A stretch of DNA of 64,000 bases from positions 175,274,001 to 175,338,000 of the forward strand of contig CM075978.1 in assembly GCA_038087875.1 (NCBI GenBank), given 5' to 3'. This document shows, piece by piece, positions 49,770 through 61,490 of the stretch; position 1 is the stretch's first letter, and the number at the start of each line of letters is the position of its first letter. The position numbers and the translations under genes were made by a program. The notes under the pieces are model-generated. The model had not been told where the DNA came from. It ran no database searches and was given only the letters and a program-made list of their open reading frames with translations. This DNA is from Malacoraja senta (taxonomy: Eukaryota).

Positions 49770-50560
49770 ATACAGCATTAAAACAGGTCATTTGGCTCAA
49801 CTTGCCCACGCTGACTAACATGCCCCAACTTTACTAGTCCCACCTGCCTGTGTTTGACTCATATCCCTTTAAACTTGTCCTATTCATGTACATGTCCAAA
49901 TGTTTCTTATCATTGCATTAACACCTACCTCAACTACCTCCACCGGCAGCTTTTCCATACACCCACCACCCTTTGTGTAAAAAAAGTTATTCCTTGGGTT
50001 CTTATTAAATCTTTCCCTCCTCACCTTATACCCATGTCCTCTAGTTCTCGATTCAACTATTCTGGGCATAAGACTCTGTGCATTTACGCTATTTATTCCT
50101 CTCATGATTTTGTACACTTCTATAAGATCATTTCTCATCCTCATGCACTCAAGTTCTAGCCTGCTCAACCTCTCCTTATAAGCTCAGGCACTCGAGTCCT
50201 GGTACAATCCTTGTAGATCTTCTCTGCACCCTTTCCAGTTTGACAACATATTTTCTGTAACATGGTGACCAAAACTGAACACAATACTCGTCATCTGGCC
50301 TCACCAACGCCTTACAGTATATAACTGCAACATGACCTCCCAACTTCTATACTCAATACTCAAGCCCTACCATTTACTGTGTTAGTCCTGCCCATGTTAG
50401 ACTTCCAAATTGCAACACTTCACATTTCTCTGTATGAAATTCCATCAACCATTCCTCAGCCCACGTGCCCAACCTATGAAGATCCTGCTGCAATTTTTGA
50501 CAACCATCTTCACTGACACCCCTTTCATGTCATTTTCAAATTTGTTAATCATGCCATGTA
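49770..50560 (-). mobile_element. Old CR1 fragment spanning the B/C junction (paralogues at 44420-44745 and 45600-45800)
   Basis: MRNDLIEVYKIMRG..FFYTKGGGCMEKLP and MISKFENDAKGSDSEDSCQKLQQDL fragments. Confidence 0.75.
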
Positions 50561-51002
50561 AGTTCTCATGATTGACAGAGCTGACAAACAGCACACCACT
50601 AGCCACAGGCCTTCATCAACACCTCTCCACGACTGTGGGGAGGTGAGTGGGTGAGAAGTTGTGGGGGCGAGGGGACTGTCAAGGGGATGTAGGAGGTGGG
50701 AAAGCAACTGAAAGAGGGGGAATTCAAGAGATATTGGAGGGGGTAAGGGAGTGGACAATGGTCCCTGGGTGCAGCCTCCATTTCGATGGCAAGAAGCTGA
50801 AAGAGGAGTAAATTAAAATCACCAAACAGTTCAGCGTATGAAATCAAGGAATCGTCTGAGCTGGTATTCCAACCTCTGAAGCAGTAAAGTAATGGGGTTG
50901 TTTCCCTTAGACATTAGTCAGGGAGATGTGGGAGAGGGACTTGTTCAATGGGAAGGCAGAAGCAAGGTCTGTGGCAGCAGGACTGGGGGGCGGAGTGCAG
51001 TT

Positions 51003-51300
51003 ACGACACGGTGGCACACAAGTAGCGGTAGCGCCAGTGATCCGGGTTTGATCCTGACTATGGGTACTGCCTGTATGGAGTTTGTACGTTCTCCATGTGA
51101 CTGCATGGGTTTTCTCCAGGAACTCCGGTTTCCTACTACACTCCAAAGACATACAGGTTTGTCGGTTAATTTGGCTTCGGTAGAAATTGTAAATTGTCTC
51201 TAATGTGTAGGATAGTGTTAGTGTATGGGGATTGCTGATCGGTGTGGATTTGGTGGGCCGAAGGACCTGTTTACGCACTGTATCTCTAAACTAAACTACT
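51003..51300 (+). mobile_element. V-SINE (copy C)
   Basis: Full head-to-tail SINE ending tgtatctctaaactaaac. Confidence 0.85.
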
Positions 51301-51544
51301 GGACAGCTGGGCTGAGCCAAGAAAGGAATGCCTTTGGGTGTTAAATACAAAGGACTGAGAAGAGGAAGTTAGGTTGGCAGACTTCCAGGGAGAGTGCTTA
51401 AATGGCAGGTATTTCATCTAAACAAGCAGAGACAAAAAAATCAGCATTGGAGTTCAAACAATATTTGTTTGAAAACATATATGAATAGGTTATATTAGCG
51501 ACTAAATGAAAAACACAAAATCTCTGCCATTTGCACAATGAGTA

Positions 51545-51840
51545 GTGTTGCTGGTAGAGCCCCTCGCTCACAGCGCCAGGGACCTGGGTTCAATCCCGAC
51601 CTGGGGAGCTGACTGTGCGGAGTGTGCACGGGCTCGCTATGTGATTATCCGGCCACTGTGGTTTTCTCCCACGTCCCAAAGAAGTGCAGGTTGGTAGGTT
51701 AATTGTCCACTTAAATTGCCCCCCAGTGCATAGATGAGTGGTAGAATTTGTGTAAGTTTATATGAATGTGGCGAGAAACGAAAAAGTTATTCTAAGATGA
51801 GTGTAAATAGGGTTGATGGTCGGCACGTTAATGGAGAGGT
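51545..51840 (+). mobile_element. Older V-SINE
   Basis: ..cgctcacagcgccagggacctgggttcaatccc.. head plus body; a partial paralogue lies at about 47470-47620. Confidence 0.7.
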
Positions 51841-52561
51841 CTCTGCTGTCCCCTGCTGTTGGGGATTCAGTGGCGGAAGGATGCACTGAGGCGCAGAAGG
51901 CGGGCTGGTCGGTAGGGGGTTATCGGCAATAGAAGTGCTGTTGGAAGCAATAAATTAGCATAGTAGGCAAGGGAGGGCGACATAAAGTAGCAGAACGGAA
52001 GAAAGTGGGTTGATTTCTGCAGAGGTACTTTCTGTTTAGCAGACTGCTTTAATTTACAAATAAAGCCATATTTCACAGCAATTAGGGTTGTCAAATATGG
52101 CTTTATAAAAAATCTGCATATGTTGGATATGGGAAAAAAACAGTAAATGCTGGAAATGCTCAGCAGGTCAGACAGCAAGTGAGGTTGGAGTAACAGAGAT
52201 AACTATTTTTCAGAGGATATTTCTAGCATTTTCTACTTTTGTGGCTACAAACTATCCTGACAAGCAAGACCCCAGCTCCAAGGTAACACAGGCAACAGGG
52301 GCACCAGTTTCATCCAAGGGAGTTGAGCTTTGTGCACACAGACAAAAGCACTTCCCTGTCACCCTGAGGCGAATGGTAATGAGAGTGGTCAGCTTGGGCA
52401 GCAACACCTTCAAGGAATGAACAGCTGCTCAAGATCACCCATGGAAAATATCCACCCGAGTGAGATAGCAACGAGGTTACCAGCAGATTGAATGTTGCCC
52501 CCAGACAAATGGAGAATAAGAAAAGGGAGAGAAAAGAGCACATTCAGTATTTCAGAACCAT

Positions 52562-54300
52562 CATAGAAAATATACAAAATAGGTGCAGGAGGAGGCCATT
52601 CGGCCCTTCGAGCCCGCACCACCATTCATTGTGATCATGGCTGATCATCCACAGCTGATGACCCGTGTCTGCCTTCTCCCCATACCCCTCGATTCCACGA
52701 GCAGCAAGAGCTCTATCTAACTCTCTTTTAAATTTATCTCAGTTTTAAATGGCCTCCCCTTCATTCTTAGACTGTGGCCCCTGATTCTGGACTCCCCCAA
52801 CATTGGGAACATTTTTCCTGCATCTAGCTTGTCCAGTTCTTTTATAATTGTATATGTTTCTATAAGATTCCACCACATTCTTCTAAATTCCAGTGAATAC
52901 GGGCACCGTCTTTCCAATCTTTTCTCATATGACAGTGCCGCCATCCCAGGGATTAACCTCGTGAACCTTCCACAAATTAGGAGACCAAAACTGCACATAA
53001 TACTCCAGGTGTGATCTCATCAGGGCGCTGTACAATTCAGAAGGACCTCTTTACTCTACTACTCAAATCCTCTCGTTATGAAGGCCAACATGCCATTAGC
53101 TTTCAGTGACTGGTGTACAAGGACACCAAGGTCTCGTTGCACTTCCCTTTTTCCTAATCTGATACCACTGAGATAATAATCTGCCACCTTGCTCTTGCCG
53201 CCAATGTGGATAACCTCACATCTATCTACATTTTATTGCATCTGCCCACTCACTCAACCTGTCCTAGTCACCCTGCAACCTCCGAGCATCCTCATCGCAG
53301 TTCACACTGCCACCCAGCTTTGTGTCATCTGCAAATTTCCTAGTGTTACTTTTAATTCCATCATCCAAATCATTAATATTGTAAATAGTTGTGGCCCCAG
53401 CACCAAGCCTTGCGACACTCCACTCGCCACTGCCTGCCATTCTGACAGGGATCCGTTTATTCCTACTCTTTGTTTCCTGTCTGCCAACCAATTCTCTATC
53501 CATGTCAATACCCTACCTCCAATACCATGTGCTCTAATTTTTCCCACTAATCTCCTGTGTGGGATCTTATCAAAGGCTTTCTGAAAGTCCAGATACACTA
53601 TATCCACTGGCTCTCCTTCATCCAATTTACTTGTCACATCCTCAATAAATTCCAGAAGATTAGTCAAGCAGGATTACCCCATCATAAATCCGTGCTGACT
53701 TGGACCAATCCTTTTACTGCTATCCAAATGTGCCGTTATTACTTCTTTAATAATTAACTCCAGCATCTTCCCCACCACCAATGTCAGGCTAACTGGTCTA
53801 TAATTCCCCGTTTTTTCTCTCACTCCTTTCTTGAAAAGTAGGATAACATTAGCTAGCCTCCAATCCACAGGAACTGATCCTGAATCTATAGAACATTGGA
53901 AAATGATCTTCAATGCTTCAACGATTTCTAGAGCCACCTACTTGAGTACCCTGGGATGCAGACCATCAGGCCCTGAGGATTTATCAGTCCCATCAGTCTA
54001 CCCAATACTATTTCTCACCTAATGCAAATTTCTTTCAGATCCTTTATCTCCCTAGATCCTCTAGTACATCTGGGAGATTGTTTGTATCTTCATTAGTGAA
54101 GACAGAACCAAAATTCCTGTTCAATTCTTTGGCCATTTCCTTGTTCCCCACAATAATTTCACCTGTTTCTGCCTTCAAGGGACCCACATTTGTCGTTACT
54201 AATCTTTTTCTCTTAACATACCTGAAGAATCTTTAACTATCTCTTTATATTTTTGGCGAGCTTGCCTTCATACATCTTCTTTTCACCCTGCATTGCCCAT
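52562..54300 (-). mobile_element. CR1 ORF2 pseudogene with 3' tail
   Basis: GNYRPVSLT, YLDFQKAFDKIPH and KFADDTK fragments; deletions and frameshifts. Confidence 0.92.
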
Positions 54301-55008
54301 CAGTGAGACATCTTTCAACAATCTTAGCTCCATCAGTCCTGCAATCCTTGAGTTGATCTCCGCCTGGCACCATACATTGCACTGCGGTTTTACTGAAACA
54401 GTGAGTCACAGCTTGGCCAGTGTCTACTGGAATTTAAAAACAAAAACATTCTGTTAGTGATCTTCAGTGATTTTAAGGGCTGCAGAATTAGTAATGAGTT
54501 TGGAAAAAATCCCATTATTTCAATTGGTAAACTGAAACTCTCAGACCAATACAAGTGCCATTTAGCAAGGCAGAGGAACCTTCAGTGGGATGATTTAACA
54601 TGCCTTGGCTTCCCTGAGAAGGGCAATCACCACCTTGGGCTCAACAGCAACACATCTAGTAGAGCTGCTGCTTCACAACACTCGAGATACAGGTTCAATT
54701 CTAATTTGGACCCTGTCTATGTGGAGTTTGCACACTCTCCCTGTAATCATGTGGGTTTTCTCCTGATGCTCCAGTTTTCACCCACATCCCAAAGATGTGG
54801 CAGCAAGCGAGATTCCAGGATGGGGGTTACCTCCCTGGTGTCCAAAGTGTCTCAGAGCGGCTGTATGGCATTCTCAAAGGGGGGGGGGGGAGTCAGCAGC
54901 CGGAAGTTGTTGTGTATGTTGGCACAAATAACATAGGTAGGTACTCCAAAATAATTGTAGAGAGCTAGGCAAAAGGTTGAAAAGTAGGACCTGTAGGGTG
55001 GTGATGAA

Positions 55009-56153
55009 CAGGGCCGGCCTTAAGCCGATTTGGACCGATTTCTCCCAATTGGGCCCCACGCCTAGAGTTTTCCAAAGCTCCGCTCTAGGATCTTTGGAGT
55101 AATCTACTCTCGGCTCGGGTAGATCTACCCCGGGTGGAGGGGGGAGAGAGGGGTGGAGAGAGAGCAGAGGGATAGATGGGGAAGAAAGGGATAGATGGGG
55201 AGGGGGTGTGAGGGGGAATGGAGAAGAGGGTGAGGGAGAGGTCCCTCATGGTCCCAGGGCAGTGCTCCCACCCCTCCAGTTGCCGTGCTTCACGCACACA
55301 GCCCCAGCTCCACCCCTCTCCCTCCCCGGGGAGACGCGGTGAACAATACAGGGAGGGCCGGGCCGGGGTTTGGAGCAACGTTTACAAACCTCGGCCTCAG
55401 CTCACGCATTTGCCCGGACCCCGGCATCCGCTCCNNNNNNNNNNNNNNNNNNNNNNNNNNNNNNNNNNNNNNNNNNNNNNNNNNNNNNNNNNNNNNNNNN
55501 NNNNNNNNNNNNNNNNNNNNNNNNNNNNNNNNNNNNNNNNNNNNNNNNNNNNNNNNNNNNNNNNNNNNNNNNTCCTCCCTCCCTTCTTTCTCTACTTCCC
55601 TCACTCCCTTCTCTCCCTCCCTCCCTACTCTCCTTCCCTCCCACACACACTCACATAACGCACAGACAACTAACACACATAACGCACAGACAACTAACAC
55701 ACAAACATCATGCACAGACAACTAACACACACACACGCGAATGGGGTAGAATGGGGCTGAAGCCCCAAATTTAATGCCTGGACTGTTTTTTCGCCGAAAG
55801 TTATTGGTTTGCCAGGATCTAGTTAATTAAATTACTTTTTTTTCATTTCACAGTCACTAAATCAAGTGGTATTGTAACTATGTACTTTTCAGAGGTGATC
55901 TACACATTTTGTTTGTTACTTGTAGGTACATGTATGCAATTTTATATTAAAATGTAGCTTAGATCTGTTTGGTCCATTAACTCGCAGGCACTTTTTAAAA
56001 GCACATTTTGATTACTTTCTATTCTACCATAGAGATATAAAGTCTATAATAGCATTTATTTGTATTTCTATGATTCTACAGACCTTGGCTGGGAACCTGG
56101 GTCTCACCAAAATGGTTCCCAATTGGGCCCCGCACTTCCTAAGGCCGGCCCTG
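55009..56153. mobile_element. hAT-superfamily non-autonomous element (MITE-like)
   Basis: TIRs cagggccggcctta / taaggccggccctg and a perfect 8-bp TSD GTGATGAA at 55001-55008 and 56154-56161; subterminal cccaattgggcccc repeats; spans a gap. Confidence 0.92.
55435..55572. other. Assembly gap (138 N)
   Basis: Run of N. Confidence 1.
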
Positions 56154-56231
56154 GTGATGAATGTGTAGCTGAGGTGCTGATGCAGGTGGGGGGCAGGGAT
56201 TCAGACTTTGGGCCAATTGGGATCTCTCCTA

Positions 56232-56343
56232 GTCTTCTTCTTCTTCTTGCATATGGCATGCACAGCCTAAAGTTGTAGGACAACTTGTTCTATTTGATCT
56301 TATTTGATTATGCACGCCGTGTTTATTGCATTCGTGGAAACAG
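56232..56343 (-). mobile_element. Unclassified short retroposon with a (GAA)n tail (other copies 57649-57785 minus, 60028-60162 plus)
   Basis: Three copies of ..caatcaaataagatcaaatagaacaagttgtcctacaacttt.. ending aagaagaag. Confidence 0.7.
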
Positions 56344-57237
56344 GAGTGAAGATACAAGAGAGATGGGTTGCACACGAACTGGAGTGGAACCAATATTCTG
56401 GCAGGCAAATTTACTAGTGTTCCGCCAGTGGGTTTAACCTCGACTGTGGGCAGGTGGCATTTGCCTGTGTTTTGTTTGATTAACACATTGCACCTGCAGA
56501 TCAAAGGGTCCACCGAAAGCAGGCCAAATAAATTATATTAATTCCGGTTACTAGCCACAACTGCCGTGTAACCAGCTCGCATGCAGGCAAGCATAAGCAA
56601 AGGCCTGCTTACGCAATGCGTTATTGTGCGGAAAATTACTAGGAGCGTGCAATGATAATTACCGCACAGAACAGCAAACAAATGTGCTGCACACGAACAG
56701 GATGTTAATGATTCCTGTCAACGAAATGACTTGTGCACACACCCCATTGGTGGTGCGGGTACGCTTGCTTGTCTCCACCCTTTATTGATTTGCCGTCACA
56801 ATCCAGGCAGGGAACAGTGGCGGCGCTGCCTGGGTGCATGGACGCTCTAAGTCAGAATATGAATTATTAGCACTGATTGATTGCTCCAGCGGCTTCTCGC
56901 AGGACGCTGCTTTCACAGAGGGGTGACCGCTCCACGCTAAATACAAATTAGAAAAATACAAAAGCTCTCCCACACTAAATCCGCTTAAACCACCAGGCTG
57001 TCCCCCGGGTCACGGGGACAGAGCGGAACTGCCTTTTGCAGCCCGCCGCCTCGTCGGGACGTTCAGCACATTTGCAATGAAGCTGCCCGGGATTCCCACA
57101 CGATGCCGAGCGTGGTAGAAATCCGAATTGTATCCTAGATTGGGAAGGTCGTGTTTTAATTTGAGAACTATTGTAAATATTCCGAAACCTGTTTAAATCT
57201 CTTGTTTAAAAAAGAATACCAGTGGGGGCTCAGAACA

Positions 57238-58233
57238 GCAGGAAAGTTTTGGCTTTCAAAGTCCTTTTTGAAATGCATTCAATGCCAAAGCTAGAAACTA
57301 GTTTACATATTGCAAAGTCATGGTGATAAATATGTTTAAGTTATTGACTCGGATATAACCAGCGGCACTGTCTGTGCTCTTGCAAATTGCCCTTAGGAAT
57401 TTAGAAGACGATTTATGACTAGCTCAAGGCCCCGAGCGCCGGCCATTTCAGCGGAAGAAGCAGTTTAGTTACAAAACGTTATTATTAGTGTGAGTGAACT
57501 GAGTGTGAGGAATTAGAGTATGCGTTGTCAGAGTGTGAAGGCACTGAGTGTGAGAGGGGACCGAGTATGTGGAGTCAGAGTGTGAGTTGTCAGAATGTGA
57601 GTTCTAAGAGTGAGTTATCAGAGTTTGAGCAGTCAGAGTGTGAGGGGTCTTCTTGCGTATGCCGTACACAGCCGAAAGTTGTAGGACAACTTGTTCTATT
57701 TGATCTTATTTGATTGTGTACGCCGGGTTGATTGCATTCGTCGAAACAGGGCAGACCACGTAAAGGTTGCAATCTTCCACCCCAAGTATGAGGGGCGAGA
57801 GTGAAAGGACAAAATGTGAGGGGTTAGAATGAGGTCAATATGGTGAGGGGTCAAAGTGTAAGGGGTAAGAGTGTGAGGAGTGTAACAGAACAGCAGGAAT
57901 GTTTTGCCTTTCAAAGTCCTGTTTGAAACGCATTCAACGCCTTAAAGCTAGAAAGACAGCAGCTAGTTTACATATTGCAAAGTCATGGTGATAAATATAT
58001 GTTTAAGCAATTGACTCAGCGATAACCAACGGCACTACCCACTCTCCACAGCACAGGCAAAACATCCGAATATCTCAGATAATCTTGAGATAATTTTTAG
58101 GCAAATGCTTTTTCCTGACTGTGCTCTTGCAAATTACCCGTAGGATTTTGTAAGGACAGAAGACGATTTATGATCGTATCAAGGTCCCCAAGGCCTGGTC
58201 ATTTCAGCGTAAGACGCAGCTTAGTTACAAAAT
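57238..58233. repeat. Local direct duplication (57238-57478 vs 57894-58233)
   Basis: caggaa..ttcaaagtcct..ctagtttacatattgcaaagtcatggtgataaata..agaagacgatttatga..ttagttacaaaa occurs twice; the second copy has a roughly 90-bp insertion. Confidence 0.85.
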
Positions 58234-59139
58234 CTTCTTGGTTTAAAAAAAAAATTTTTTTTAATATACGCTTAAACATCTTCTAATCTCTTTACTAATA
58301 ACCACAATCTTCCCAAAACTATCAAGATTTCAAAAGTGCATTTCTCCCTTCCATTCTCTGCATTCGGCGAGTTCAACATTCCACATCCCTTCCTGTAATT
58401 GCCCATTTTGCATATCGAGTCTCTTCTGCTGTCATAAACCAAACTGCTGGAGGAACTCAACGGTCAGTTAGTATCCGTGGGGAGGGTTGGGGAAATAGAG
58501 ATGTGTTGTTTGAATTCCTCCAGCAATTGGTTTTTAACTCGGGATTCCTACATTTGCAGTATCTTGAAATTCTTCTGCTGTTTCATATTCATTTTGGGAT
58601 GTGACTTCCCTGAAGACCTTCCAGGGCATTTGGGAAGACAGTCATAGAGAGGGATGAGGAAAGCAATTTTCCTTCCTTGGACAAGGCTTCCAGATGGATC
58701 CTTGCTAGGATCAGGTGGCATTATGATCACTACTGTTGAAATTGACTTTTTAACCCAATTTATTTTTGACTCGCATGGTATGCAACAGGCACTTTGCCCT
58801 ATTAAACCCACCAAACAGCAAGCACACATTTACAGTTATTCTACACTAATCCAATTTTTCTTACCAGCACATCTTTAGAGGAAGGGGAATTATCTTTCCA
58901 GTGCCTTGTGGGCCTGCTGTATGAAATCCATGTGTTGGAGCCAATGAGGAGAGTGTGGATCACTCTGCTAGGTAGGCCATGCATTTGTACCTGGTCTGAG
59001 CTCTTGCTTTTAAATATTGATTCATCAATAGACTGAAAGCTATTCGGGCAGGAACGTGGAGACAGTAAAGTTGAGTTCAGTAAAATTACTGCTGATCTGA
59101 TTGTATTCTGAAGATAGAACCAAAATGCTGGTGCCTCCG

Positions 59140-59600
59140 GGGAAAAGGAGTAGGCGACGTTTTGGGTCAGTACCCTTCTTCAGACTGAAAGATAGAGAAG
59201 GCTAGATCAAACAGGGCAAGCAACGGACCACACCAGGAAGGGTGGAGTCCATTATAGCCTGTTGTTGGCTCGGGAAGATGTGCTAATGACAGGGATACAA
59301 AAATGCAAACAGTGGAACTAGTAGGATGACAGGAGGGGTGGAGAGAGGGGTGGACAAAATACAGAAATTACTTGAAATTAGAGGTGCTGTTCCCCCAATT
59401 TGCATGTGGCCCCACTCTGACAGTGGGGGAGGCCCAGGATAGGAAGGTCAGTATTGAAATGGGAACGGAGTTAAAATGTTTGGCAACTAGGAGATCGTGT
59501 AGGCCAAGGCGGATTGAGCGTAAGTGTTCAGCGAAACGATCCCCAAGTCTAGGCTTGGTCTCGCCGATATTTCTGCATTTGTTCCCCTCCTCCCCCACCA
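59140..59600 (-). mobile_element. Penelope-like element remnant: GIY-YIG endonuclease fragment plus terminal repeat
   Basis: NIGETKPRLGDRFAEHLRSIRL..LVAKHFNS, followed by a decayed hammerhead motif (ctgaagaagggtactgacccaaaacgtc) at about 59155-59185. Confidence 0.8.
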
Positions 59601-60889
59601 TCGTTATACGCTATTAGGACTGGGGCTTGGTTTGTCAATGAGGTGGATAATGCTGAGGGAACTGCAATCAAAAGGACATGGATTAACATAGAATGGGCAA
59701 ATTATTAGTGGGAGGTGCTTGAAGATCACATTATGGGGGAACAGTGCCTTAATAGGGTAAAGAATCAGGAATAGAGTTCTAATTCACCCACCATGAGATG
59801 TTGCACCACACGTTAGCAAGGCTACGCAAAAAGCAAACCAAATACATGGGTTCATTTTGAAAGGAGGAGAAATGAAAAGTAAATAAATTATGCTAAACCT
59901 GTATAAGAACCTTGGTTCTGCATGATGTGCCATAGAAAAATGCAGAAGCACATGAGAAAGTGTGGACGTGGTTCACCAGGATGTTGGAGATGTGAGTGTT
60001 TATGCATTGGGGGGGGGGGGGAGGGAGGGAGATTGCAACCTTCACGTGGTCCGCCCTGTTTCGTCGAATGCAATCAACCTGGCGTGCACAATCAAATAAG
60101 ATCAAATAGAACAAGTTGTCCTACAACTTTAGGCTGTTCACGCCATATGCAAGAAGAAGAAGATGCATTGGGGAACGATGGACCCACTGGACTTGGTTTC
60201 TCTTGGGAAATTGAAGCTGGAGGCTGAACAGGGAAGACTGAAACGCTAAAATTCTTTATCTCAGGGGTACCATTGTGCGGAACAGCATCACCAAAGGCTG
60301 TCAGTGTCGGGGTCTCCAGGATACCGATAGGAAATTCAGAGGAAACGTCTTCACCCACAGAGGGGTGAGGCTGTGGAACTCATGCCCAGAGTAACTGATG
60401 GAAGTGAAGAATGGGGGAGGCAAGGGATGGGAATAAAGGGTCATGCCGAGGCCTGGGGATTAGAGAGGGAGGGAATCGTTCAAGTAGAGCCACGTGGACT
60501 GGTAGGGCATAATGGTCGGTTTCTGTTCTTGTGTATAGGATTAGAGTCTAAGGTGACAGTGATTATCAGTGCGGTGGCTGAGTCTGTATGTGTGAAGGAT
60601 GTTTGAATGGGAGCAACAAACTCAGAGGTAAGGGGTCAGTCTCAGGGTTGACAGGTTGGTATCTGATCAAAAAGGTCGTACTGGTCACTGAATGTGGGGC
60701 CTTTCAATATGATGACATGAATATAGCAATTGTTTGCAAAGAGAGCTCAAATTGTGTGCTTTGGTAAATACCTGAAGGGTTGGAGTGACTGGTTCAGTGG
60801 GTAAGGTTCAAAGTGTGCTTTGGCCAGAGGGCTGGAGAATGAAAGGTCAGAGCATTAAAATTCGGTGTGAAGGGGTTAACGTGAAGGCT

Positions 60890-61490
60890 CACAGAAGAAG
60901 GGATCAGAGAGTGAGAGAACTGAGTGAGGAATGCGAGGGGTCAGTGTGAGAAGGGACAGGGTATGTGGAGTCAGAGTGTGAGTTGTCAGACTGAGTTTTA
61001 AGAGTGAGTTATCAGAGTTTGAGCAGTCAGAGTGTGAACAGAGTGTGAGGGGTGAGAGTGTGAAAGGACAAAGTGTGAGCGGTCAGTTTCAGTGGTGAAA
61101 GTGAGGGGTTAGAATGAGGTCAAGATGGTGAGGGGTCAAACTGAGTGGAGAAAGTGTAAGGGGTAAGAGTGTGAGGAGTGTAAAGAAACAGAACGTGATG
61201 GTCAAGAGTGTGAGGGGTCAGAGTGTGAGGGAACAGTGTGTGTTCAGAGTGCAGGGGATCAGAGTGAAGGGACAAAGTGTGAGGGGTCAGAGAGAGGGGT
61301 ATGAATGTGAAGAGTCAGAGTGTAAAGAGACAGAGTGAGACGGAAGTGTAAAACATCAAGAATGTGAGGGGTTAAAGACTGCCGGTTGTCAGAATGCCTG
61401 TTGTCAGAGTGGGAGAGGACAGAGTGGGAGTGCCAAGACATGTGAGGTCAGAGTACGAGGAGACAGACTGTGAGTGGTCAGAGTGTGCAG
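60890..61490. repeat. (GTCAGAGTGTGAGGG)-like degenerate minisatellite, paralogous to 57490-57645 and 57797-57892
   Basis: Shared blocks gtatgtggagtcagagtgtgagttgtcaga..ttatcagagtttgagcagtcagagtgtga and gaggggttagaatgaggtcaa. Confidence 0.75.

Larger units (their letters stand above)
40088..51846. repeat. Local tandem triplication of a roughly 5-kb unit (copy A about 40088-44745, B about 45600-50360, partial C 50361-51846)
   Basis: Non-TE sequence recurs at 40090/46541/50690 (gtagga..gaggagtaaattaaaatcacc..), 42673/47840 (purine tract), 44410/49757, 45600/50363 and 47262/51300; divergence is roughly 10-15% by eye. Confidence 0.88.

Noticed and set aside
43124-49771. P/S/L/H-rich ORFs on the minus strand of the purine tracts, and a possible Ig switch-like region
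   Set aside because: The composition follows from low-complexity C/T DNA; the tracts lack AGCT-type repeat motifs and no Ig heavy-chain exons are present.
60092-60358. 88-aa ORF MGEDVSSEFPIGILETP..
   Set aside because: Its start lies in the antisense of a CR1 3' remnant (60325-60540), and its end runs into the (GAA)n retroposon.
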